Positions 54,736 through 64,000 of a stretch of 64,000 bases of DNA are shown here, one piece after another (position 1 is the first letter of the stretch; every line of letters starts with the position of its first letter). Source of the stretch: Ascoidea asiatica JCM 7603 (lineage: Eukaryota > Fungi > Ascomycota); the NCBI GenBank assembly GCA_001600695.1, contig BCKQ01000013.1, positions 2,045 through 66,044 of the forward strand, in the 5' to 3' direction. The notes under the pieces are model-generated. The model worked only from the letters and a program-made list of their open reading frames with translations. It ran no database searches and was not told the origin of the DNA. The translations under genes were made by a program, and so were the position numbers.

Positions 54736-56031
54736 TTTTAAATATTATTATTTATAATTGAAGATAATTGATTGTAATTTATGATTGATAATTAATAATT
54801 AAAACAGAAATAGATCAATGATATATATATTCGAATTATATTCAATTTAAAAGATTTAAAGAAATTCAATTCAATTTATACAATAATTTAGATCTAATAT
54901 TTATCTTAAACATATTTTAAAATCATTTTGTTATCATGAAATTATCATTTCCAGTCAATTCCCTAATAGTTTAATTGACTTTTTTTAATTATTTTTTAAT
55001 TAGTTCACTTATTTCATCTAAAAATGACTAAGAATGAAACAAGTTTAAGGCTTTAATATTATTATTGTAATTCAATTTAGTTTTACTATTTTTGTAATTC
55101 AATTTAGTTTTACTATTTTTGTAATTCATATTAATAGTTATATTCTTTTATAATTTCAATTAATTTCAATTTACTTCAATCAATTTCAATCAATTTCAAT
55201 CAATTTCAATCAATTCCAATAATTCTTAATCAAACTCTCCAATATTTCGACTCAGGAATCACAATGAAATTCCATTTAAACCAATACTTCTCAGTGTAAC
55301 AACAAATTACGGTTTCGTTAACCAACAACATATTTTTCACAAGGAGAATCTTGAAATTTATTGAAATTGAGGATTTAAAGCAGGACAAAAAACTCAACTA
55401 TATAGGGCATTGAGCCACTCCTAAATAAATGTGGAGCAGCATTAGTGCAATAAAGTGGCGTATATTCACATGACTATATTGTCGCCATTTATATGGGTTT
55501 ATCCTTGATAAAATATTATAAATATAATATTACCTATTACAATATAAATTATAAATAATACGATAAATGAGTACTTTTTTGAATATTTAGGTATAAATAT
55601 AATATTATAAATATGTTAAGTTACTGTATAAATGTATATATAAAAGAATTATAAAATTGGCATAAAATAAAGATGTATCAAGAATAACAAAGACAATTAA
55701 TAAAGAAATAAATAATAAAGACAGTTAACCAGTTAAGAAATATAAACAAGAAATATAAGTAAGAAAATTTAAAAAACCAAATATTTAAAAAATGAAAAAA
55801 AATTGAATCATCTATTATCCTATCCAAGTAAAGAATTTAATAAAAAATCCGAGTAATAAAAAAAAATAAATAACACGCCACCAAGTTTGATAAAAAAAAA
55901 GGAATGTAAAAAAAAAAATAAATATTTTCATATAAAGATATAAAAATTTGAAATGAAATTGAAAGTGAAATTGATAATTTAAGAATTGAAAGAAAAGAAA
56001 AGAAAATAAAAGAAAAAGAAAGAGGATTAGA

Positions 56032-58341
56032 TTAAATTTGTGCTTTATTATTCAAATAATCAACACTTCTTCTTTTAATCGGAATTTCAATAGATTTATT
56101 TGAATTTAATTCACTTGAATCAAAAGATCTTTTATGAATTGATTGTTTATTATCTTTTGTACCATTGACATTATTATTACCATTATTTCCATTATTATCA
56201 TTATTTTTATTAGATAATAAATTATCAGGTAAAAAATTATCACCAAGATATTCTTCAATATTTTGAAGCTCTGAATCATTAATTAAATTATTATTCCAAT
56301 TATTATTTGTCGAAGTACCATTATTTAAAGAATTATTAATTTGATTACTTAATCTATGTTCACTTAAAGGTGATGAAATTGTAGATGAATAACTTTCTGC
56401 ATAATTTCCATTTAATATATTACCATTTATTGAATTATTATTATTTAATGAATTATTACTATTATCATTAACTTTTTCATTACTTGTATTATTAGTAGTA
56501 TTGGAATTACTATTAATAGAACTAATTGAATTTAAATTTGAATTTAAGCTAAGTGGACTAGTTAATGAATTTGATAATTTACGTGAAATTTCTTCATTTT
56601 CATTACTTGTAATTAATAATGGTTGTTTTTTAATAAATTGTGGTTGAAAACTATCATTACTATTATTATTATTATTATTATTGTTGTTGCTATTATTATT
56701 AATAAAATCATTGGTATTGTTATTGACATTATTATTACTGTTATTATTATTAATATTATTATTAATATTATTATTAATATTATTATTATTCAAATTATTT
56801 TCAGTTAAATTTCTAGCTAAATAAGTCATTAATAATTTTAAACTATCACTTAATTTTTTTGATCTTTCTTTATTTAAATAAATTTCTTTCCATAATAAAT
56901 CATTTTCATTTCTTAATCTTTTTAAATTTTCATTAAAAAAAGATTGAGAAAATTTAATATTTTCAATTTCATTTAAAATTAAATTTAAATCTAAATCATC
57001 AATATAATCATCATTTTTAATTGGTTTATTTCTAACAATATTAATTAATAAATCTTCTCTACCTTTTTGAAAATTTGGAGATTCAAATTGCCAAGGTTCA
57101 TTTTCAATAATTTTTTCATCTTTATTATTAGAAGATGAAGTTGTTTTCTTTTTATTATTATTATTATTATTATTTGAAGGTTTGATAATTGGAGAAGAAG
57201 AAATATCTTGAACTTTATGCCAACCATACATATTTAATTGTCTTACAAAACTAGCAAAATTATTATGTTTGAAATATTTTGGTAAAATATTTTTCATAAA
57301 ATTTTCTCTATCAAAAACTTTAAAAGCTTTACCATCAGAAGTCCATTGAATAAAATTAGAATTTTCAGGATCATTAACCATTGTCCAAAGTTTTAAAACA
57401 AAAGCAGGACGAGTTTTTGGTGTGTTTTTATTATTATTACTATCATTGTTATCATTTTTGTTATTATTATTCTCTTTATTATTGATATTAGATTGATTAT
57501 TTTTATTGTTATTGTTATTTAAGATATTTGAATGAATTTTTCTATTTAATTTTTTTTGAAATAATTTTTTATTTTGTAAAAATTTTAAATTTTGAATTAA
57601 ATTATTTGAATAATTATAATTATAATTATAATTACCTAAATTATTTAAATTACCTAAATTATTTGAATCATTTAAAGGAGAAGAATAAAAATTTGGATTA
57701 TAAGATTGTAATTGTAATTGATTTAAAGATTGTTGATTTGGTATAAAAGGGGTTAATTGATTATTATTGTTATTATTATTATTGTTATTATTGTTATTAT
57801 TGTTATTATTGTTATTTGTATTATCGGCGGTATTATTATTTGAGGAAGGTACAAAATTTCCATTATTTAATATATCATTTGTAGTTAAAGAATCTAATAA
57901 ATTATTATTACTGTTATTACCAATATTATTTAAATTATCAATATTATTATCTTGGTTAAAAGTAGTTATTCCAGATTGAAAAATATTTGAATTAAGGATT
58001 TGATTATCAATTTGATTATCAATTTGATTATCAATTGGATTATCAATTGGATTATCAATTGAATTAATGATTTGATTATCAATTGAGTTATTAATATTTA
58101 AATTATCTGAATTTAAATCTTGAAATAGAGAAGAATTATAAAAATTTGAAGAATCACTGTTATTGTTATTATTATTGTTACTGTTATTGGAGTTGTTATT
58201 TAAATAGAGTCCAGGAATATTGATAATATCATTATAATTTAGATTGGAAATATCATTATTACTATTAATATCATTATTACTGATATTATTTGGATTATAA
58301 TTATTAAATTTACTTTGAGCGATTGTTGATAATGGATTCAT
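56032..58341 (-). CDS. HSF1: Heat shock transcription factor
   Basis: DNA-binding domain RPAFVLKLWTMVND...LPKYFKHNNFASFVRQLNMYGWHKVQD (GWHKV as in Hsf1), followed by a trimerisation coil (LKRLRNENDLLWKE). Confidence 0.92.
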   Translation of the reverse strand: MNPLSTIAQSKFNNYNPNNISNNDINSNNDISNLNYNDIINIPGLYLNNNSNNSNNNNNNNSDSSNFYNSSLFQDLNSDNLNINNSIDNQIINSIDNPIDNPIDNQIDNQIDNQILNSNIFQSGITTFNQDNNIDNLNNIGNNSNNNLLDSLTTNDILNNGNFVPSSNNNTADNTNNNNNNNNNNNNNNNNNNNQLTPFIPNQQSLNQLQLQSYNPNFYSSPLNDSNNLGNLNNLGNYNYNYNYSNNLIQNLKFLQNKKLFQKKLNRKIHSNILNNNNNKNNQSNINNKENNNNKNDNNDSNNNKNTPKTRPAFVLKLWTMVNDPENSNFIQWTSDGKAFKVFDRENFMKNILPKYFKHNNFASFVRQLNMYGWHKVQDISSSPIIKPSNNNNNNNKKKTTSSSNNKDEKIIENEPWQFESPNFQKGREDLLINIVRNKPIKNDDYIDDLDLNLILNEIENIKFSQSFFNENLKRLRNENDLLWKEIYLNKERSKKLSDSLKLLMTYLARNLTENNLNNNNINNNINNNINNNNSNNNVNNNTNDFINNNSNNNNNNNNNSNDSFQPQFIKKQPLLITSNENEEISRKLSNSLTSPLSLNSNLNSISSINSNSNTTNNTSNEKVNDNSNNSLNNNNSINGNILNGNYAESYSSTISSPLSEHRLSNQINNSLNNGTSTNNNWNNNLINDSELQNIEEYLGDNFLPDNLLSNKNNDNNGNNGNNNVNGTKDNKQSIHKRSFDSSELNSNKSIEIPIKRRSVDYLNNKAQI

Positions 58342-59483
58342 AATTCAATATTTAAGGTATTTGTAAAGCAATTCAATTCAAATCAATTGTTATAAGGTAA
58401 GGAAAAGACAGTTAATATATTATTATTATTACTATTATTATTGCTATAATTGATAATTTACTGATATATTATATTAATATATAATATTGAATATATTATA
58501 TTCTGTAGGATGTAGAGTATATAATATATATTTTGTATATTATGCTATGGATCGGAGTAAGATGAGGTATTATAGGGAAGATAACTTTAAATTTGAAGTA
58601 AAAAAGAGACAAATTAAGATTTAGTAACAAAATAAAGACAAAGGCAAAGATTTGGAGAAAAAGAAGCAAGAAGCAAGAAGCAAACAAGAAAATAATAAAA
58701 AGATGAAGCAGAAACTTCAACGAATAAATACAATTCAAATTTCGAAATTGAATAAAGTCAAGAGAACTGAAAAGTGGTTTGAAAAGATGATTATCCTTTG
58801 AATTATATCCTTATTCTTTACTTTTTATTCAATTGCCAATTTTCATATTCATACTCGTTTGTTATTCGTTATTCAATATTCAATTCAATATTCAATATTC
58901 AATATTCAATTTAATAACTTTTAACAGAGCTTTAGTAAATAAAGCTTTAAATTAGTGCAAAGTTCAAAGATGTTTGTGATGCAGAAGTGACTGGGACAAG
59001 CTCCAGCTTACGTAACCACCAGCCAAAACTAAACACCGCAAAAGAAATCTGAGCCAAAATCTGAGCTGAATCTGAGCTGATTTTCACAACATTCAGATAT
59101 TTATTCCCGTTATTGAAGGTCTAAATGTCAAATTGCTGTGGCTTTGCTTGCTGAAAACGATAGTGATTATTCTCTAATTAATTATATTTTATGTTTTATG
59201 TTATATTTTCATTTCTCTTTTTAATGGTGGGCTTTGAGTTTCAATTCATTGGGCTTTGTCAAATCAAATTATTTATTGAAATTTTGAGCAATTTGAACTT
59301 ATTTTAACCAGCTCAGTGAATTTTGTTGAATTTATTCACTGGTTTTAAACTATAAAAATGTTTTATTTTCATCAGGGACTAATTATTTTCATTTATTCAG
59401 AATCTTTTTACTTTTAGCTCGAATCAGGTGATCGCTGGAGGACATGTGTTTTGTAGTTTTGTAGTTTTGCATCTCGGAGCTTG

Positions 59484-59567
59484 TGGAACCAAATGGAACT
59501 TATGGAAGCAGATGGAACCAAATGGAACCAAATGGAACTTATGGAACCAAATGGAACAAATGGAACA
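59484..59567. repeat. Nine TGGAA units with 9-10 bp period (consensus TGGAACCAAA), resembling a step-type HSE
   Basis: GAA starts at 59486, 59496, 59505, 59515, 59525, 59535, 59544, 59554 and 59563. Confidence 0.85.
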
Positions 59568-59631
59568 TATTTTCATTCAAGGGGTAGACGTATACACTAA
59601 TGCATCTTCAAGTATTGGGTCATTGACTATT

Positions 59632-59644
59632 TTCTAGAATATTC
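59632..59644. promoter_or_regulatory. Perfect 3-unit heat-shock element ~1.3 kb upstream of HSF1
   Basis: TTCTAGAATATTC, the same 13-mer as in the STI1 promoter. Confidence 0.6.
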
Positions 59645-59856
59645 TATTGGAAAGCAACATGAACGTACATCTAAAGGCATTTCGGCTTTCGGGTATATTT
59701 CAAACGGCTATATGTATGTTTCGGTGTTTAAACGTGTATCCGTTATACTGGTACGAGACCAATATAATGGTACTTTTTATTTTAAATATTATTTCATTAT
59801 TCATTTAAATTAGTATGAGGAATATGAAATTATTTATAAATTAACTACTGAATTAT

Positions 59857-60834
59857 TTAATCTAGTTTAATTTCAATATTTTTTTCTTTAATATCTTTAA
59901 TAACTTCATCTTTAACTTCTTTAATATCTTGAATAACTTGATCTTTAAAATTATTAATATCTTTAATATCTTTAACTTCTTTTAAATCTTTAACATCTTT
60001 ATTAATTTTTTTATCAATATTATATTTTTTTATCATTTTTTTAATAATCATTATCATTCTATAAAACCAAAATAAATTTAAAAAATCTAATCCAAGATTT
60101 AAAATCATTACTAAAATTCCAAATTTTTTTTCAATATTATCTAATTTAATCCAATAAAATTTTAATTGTAATAAAACTTTATAAGCTGCAAAAAATCCCC
60201 AAATAATTCTAACTGTAAAAAATGTTAAAATTAATAAAATTCCATTAATTAAATTAAATTTAAATGATATTATTTCTTTTGGTAATTTACTTATAAACCA
60301 ATTTATATTAACAAATGGTGAACTTAATTCAAATATTAAAAATCTTGGAATCCAATAATTTGCAAATGGTTTTAAAGTTGTTAAAAATACAATTAATGAA
60401 CTTAAACCATGTAAAAAAAATCCAAATCCAAATAATTTAAAATATTTTAAACAAATTATTAAATCCCAAACAAAATATCCAATTGTTATTGATGATACAA
60501 ATCCACAATATTTAGAATATTCTAATAATGGATTTTTATTTAATTTTGGATCATTAAATATTGGTAAAATTATTAAATTTGAAATAATACATTGAATCAT
60601 GGAAACTATATGAATATTAAAATTTATTTTATTTTTTTTATTTAAATTTAAATAATTTTTACCAAATATTTTTTTTGATAAAATTGGTGAAATTAAATGA
60701 ATTATAAAATAAAATATTAATGATCCTAAAATTTCATGATAATGTAATTGATAATAATTTTTTGGTGGTGTAAAAAAAAAATTTGGTCTAAATTTTAAAA
60801 AATAATCTTCTTGAAAATAAAAATCTTTAAACAT
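59857..60834 (-). CDS. TLC (TRAM/LAG1/CLN8) domain membrane protein, Tda4/TMEM56-like
   Basis: HIVSMIQC, GYFVWDL, FFLHG, FLIFELSSPFVNINWF, NGILLILTFFTVRIIWG and LNLFWFYRMI. Confidence 0.9.
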   Translation of the reverse strand: MFKDFYFQEDYFLKFRPNFFFTPPKNYYQLHYHEILGSLIFYFIIHLISPILSKKIFGKNYLNLNKKNKINFNIHIVSMIQCIISNLIILPIFNDPKLNKNPLLEYSKYCGFVSSITIGYFVWDLIICLKYFKLFGFGFFLHGLSSLIVFLTTLKPFANYWIPRFLIFELSSPFVNINWFISKLPKEIISFKFNLINGILLILTFFTVRIIWGFFAAYKVLLQLKFYWIKLDNIEKKFGILVMILNLGLDFLNLFWFYRMIMIIKKMIKKYNIDKKINKDVKDLKEVKDIKDINNFKDQVIQDIKEVKDEVIKDIKEKNIEIKLD

Positions 60835-61369
60835 TTTTATATATTTAATTATAAATTGAGTAGAGTTTTTTGAAAAAAGAAATTCAAAAATAAATATATA
60901 TAGTTATCTTCTTCCTTTAAATATGTGATAATTTGATAATTATTATTGATAATTACTATTGATAATTACTATTGATAATTACTATTAATAATTTGTTAAC
61001 TACACTATTGGATAATATAATTAGGTTACCTTTTCTGTTCCGATAAATAAACAAAAAGTTCTTTAATGGAATAATTTTCAATAAATGTGAATTAGTTCTA
61101 TTATATATTCTTTTATAATCCCTTTATCTTTCTTGATCTGTCTTATTTCTTAATCTCTATCTTTATCTTTATCTTTATCTTTATTTTAAACTTATTCACT
61201 CTGTTTAAATATAATCAATTCAAGTATCCTTAATTTTTATTTCTTACTCCTTCCCAAGTTCCTTTTCAACCTTTAATTCAAATCGAAATCCAAACTCGTT
61301 TATTCGTAGAATCAATCAGAAAAGCAAAATTCCTAAAATTGCAAAGAGCCGAAACCCACCACAATGGAA

Positions 61370-61414
61370 CCGCTGCTTGGGGATCCGCTGCTTTGGGATC
61401 CACCGTTTTGGTTC
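61370..61414. repeat. GC-rich 15-bp tandem repeat (two near-perfect copies + one degenerate) upstream of the TLC gene
   Basis: ccgctgcttggggat / ccgctgctttgggat / ccaccgttttggttc. Confidence 0.75.
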
Positions 61415-61751
61415 GGACCGAAATTGAAAGGAGCCTGAGCAGGATAACAATTTCATACCCGTATTTGTGGTCTCGGAATAATCTTATTTCTAGTATATCA
61501 GTGAGATATTAATGAAATATTTGTGAAAAATGTATATAAATTCTATAAAGTAGTCTCTATATATCCTGGAAGAATAACCAAATCAAAAACAAACTAACAA
61601 AGAGAAAAAAAGCAGATGAAACCAAAATAAAAGAGAAAACAGAAAACAGAAAACAAAACAAAACAAAACAAAACAAAACAAAACAACAGAGATCATAATG
61701 AAATAACAATGATAAAAAAGAAGAAATGATAAAGAAGAAATCATTTCAAAT

Positions 61752-63398
61752 TCATTTGGAACTTCTTTTTTTAATTCTATTTTTATAAATATCATTACCA
61801 TGAGCTATATCATAATAAAGTATTCCATAACTTATAAAACAAAATCCACTCATTAATGTATAACAACCTCCAGCACCTAAAGTTTTAATCATTTTATTTA
61901 AACATGCAATAAAAATTGCAGCCATTAAACATCTTGTAAAATTTACACATGATGTTGAAGTTGATGCCTTTTCAGGATATAAATCAACTAAAATTGTTGT
62001 AGCTGCAGAAATTATTGGTAATGAACAACAACTTACAAAAAATGAAGAAATTAAAATTGCAGAAATATGAACTTTATTACCAATTGTCCAACCAAAAATA
62101 ATTAATGATAATGTACCAATTAAACCTGGAATACCTAATAAATTTAATCTTGCTTTAAATAAATTAAATTCTTCAAAATTATTATTTTTTAATAAAAATT
62201 TTTTTCTACTTCTTTTATAATACCAATCTAAAGCTTTACCATTAATTATTGAACCTAAAAATCCTCCAATTCCAGAAGGTATATAACAAATACCAATTTT
62301 TAATGTAGAATAACCATAATCTGATGATAAAATATTTGAAATTGATGTTAATAACATTGACCAAGATGCAAAAATTATTGAAGCAGGTATTAAAACCATA
62401 AAAATTTCAGGTAATGCAATAATTGTAAAAGGATCAGATAATCTAATTTTTAATGGAATTTCTTTTTTTTCTTCTAAAGTTTTAATATCATTAGTTTGTA
62501 AAATTTTTAATAAATACATTAAAAAAGATTTATTAAAAAAATTTTTTGGTGGTATTGAACCATTACCAACAATATCTCTTTTTGTTTCAGGTAAAAATAA
62601 AATTGCTAATGTTAAAGTTATACTACAACCAATTGCTAAGAACCAAAATATACCTCTCCAACCAAAATTAGAATCAATTAAACCACCAATTAAAGCACCA
62701 AAAGCTTGACCAATTAAAGTTATACAAGTTATTAAACCAATATAACCACCTCTATCAGATTTTATTGTTAAATCTCCAACAACACCAGAATTTATTGAAA
62801 CTACAGGTGCTATACCAAAAGCTTGTATACATCTTAAAAATAAAATTAATGAATAATTATTTGAAACTGCTAAACCAATATCAGCAATAATATAAATTAA
62901 ACAACAAAATATTATTGCTGGTTTTCTACCATATTTATCAGAAAATGGAGCAGTTATTGAAGGACCAATACCTTGAAAGATGAAATAAACAACAACAGAA
63001 ATATTTAAAATTTCATCATTTAAATTAAATTTTTTTTTAATTGTTGGTAAAGCAGGATAATAAATCGGAGCTGCAACTGCAGACCAAAATGAATTCATTG
63101 CACATAATACAATTATATAAAATCTAAATTTTTTAAAAATTGAATGTGGTTTTTGATCTGAATTTAAATTATTTATGGAGTTTTCATTTTCAATTTGATT
63201 TTCAATATCATTCTGACTATTTATTTCATTTTCATTTTCATTTTCATTTTCATTTTCATTTATCGATTCATTCTTTGATGACTCTTTGTTATTTGATTGA
63301 AATTTATGATTATTATTATCAATATTATCATTTTTTTCATTAGATTGATTAATTAAATCAATTGAAGAATTTTTTATTGAATTTTCATTAAATTTCAT
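61752..63398 (-). CDS. MFS drug:H+ antiporter (DHA1), Qdr1/Qdr2/Aqr1-like
   Basis: PIYYPAL, VVVYFIFQGIGPS, SDKYGRKP, LRCIQAFGIAP, FGWRGIFWFL and LPETKRDIVGNGS, with about 12 hydrophobic segments. Confidence 0.93.
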   Translation of the reverse strand: MKFNENSIKNSSIDLINQSNEKNDNIDNNNHKFQSNNKESSKNESINENENENENENEINSQNDIENQIENENSINNLNSDQKPHSIFKKFRFYIIVLCAMNSFWSAVAAPIYYPALPTIKKKFNLNDEILNISVVVYFIFQGIGPSITAPFSDKYGRKPAIIFCCLIYIIADIGLAVSNNYSLILFLRCIQAFGIAPVVSINSGVVGDLTIKSDRGGYIGLITCITLIGQAFGALIGGLIDSNFGWRGIFWFLAIGCSITLTLAILFLPETKRDIVGNGSIPPKNFFNKSFLMYLLKILQTNDIKTLEEKKEIPLKIRLSDPFTIIALPEIFMVLIPASIIFASWSMLLTSISNILSSDYGYSTLKIGICYIPSGIGGFLGSIINGKALDWYYKRSRKKFLLKNNNFEEFNLFKARLNLLGIPGLIGTLSLIIFGWTIGNKVHISAILISSFFVSCCSLPIISAATTILVDLYPEKASTSTSCVNFTRCLMAAIFIACLNKMIKTLGAGGCYTLMSGFCFISYGILYYDIAHGNDIYKNRIKKRSSK

Positions 63399-64000
63399 AT
63401 TTTTATAAATTTAGTATAAATTAATCATTTGATTCAAGACTTTTTTAATAAACTATACTAATAACTATACTAATAATAATCTTGAATAAATAGTTTATAT
63501 TGAAAGAAATAAATGATTTATAAATAAAAGAATATTCTATGATTAATATTATTTGAACTTTTGATAATAATTTGAAGCTAAATTAATAACTTTACTAAAA
63601 ATGGTTTGGTATATTACTGAGAGTAAGTGATAATAAAAGTGGATTTTATCCGAATATAGATAGATTCATCCGAATTTCAATAAGCTGCCATAGTTAATTT
63701 CTGTCCGCGGCTGGATTCTATCCGGACATATAGCACTTTGGGGGTGGTCCAGGAGTGCTCCAAGCAGAAGCGGAGTTAGCACGACTGGCCCCTAACCGTA
63801 AGCTAAGTCCGGCGGGCGTCAGCTGACAGGTGTCCGTTTTAGGAAATAAGGCGCAAATTGGCACTGGGAACCAAACTCCCTATCTGCTATCAGCAAAAAA
63901 CAATGCTGAGAAGGGTAATAAAGAAATAGTATCCCTGACAGTGTCTGTATCCAATTGATTGTATTTAGTCATATGACACGGTCACATGGATCAAAATATA

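Noticed and set aside
59484-59567. CRISPR array or the 69-aa ORF 59428..59637
   Set aside because: Eukaryotic context and no unique spacers. The ORF starts at GTG and only translates the repeat.
1-64000. tRNA or rRNA genes
   Set aside because: No convincing cloverleaf with A/B boxes or rRNA signature found by eye. tRNAscan-SE and Rfam would be needed to exclude them.

Overview
Very AT-rich budding-yeast (Saccharomycotina) chromosomal DNA with poly-Asn-rich proteins and yeast-type GT(A/AT)GT...TACTAAC...TAG introns. The organism is not identified; the composition resembles Ascoidea-like yeasts, which is unverified. Recognisable genes in order: SNF5, ARG7, SET3, KRE6/SKN1, UBR1, an unknown 2239-aa low-complexity protein, GPI12, JHD2, NudC, TIM54, STI1 (spliced), CTK1 (spliced), a 90-aa tail-anchored orphan, HSF1, a TLC-domain protein and a QDR/AQR1-type MFS transporter. 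The ORF track misses several things. (1) There are three tiny (27-29 aa) Cys-rich metallothionein genes, all sharing a 10-nt 3'-UTR motif; two carry conserved Ace1-type promoter elements. (2) A ~2.5-kb inverted duplication (about 1149-3615 vs 41120-43680: JHD2 tail, promoter and metallothionein) brackets ~37.5 kb. It has a ~445-bp near-identical core while its metallothionein ORFs are only 84% identical, suggesting recent ectopic exchange or an invertible segment. (3) An in-frame RGG/SR-rich 53-codon extension follows the stop of the giant ORF. (4) A TGGAA array with 9-10 bp period plus a perfect heat-shock element lies upstream of HSF1. (5) Long genes show a 5'-to-3' codon-composition gradient. 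No tRNA, rRNA, CRISPR or intact transposon was recognised. All alignments and counts were done by eye.
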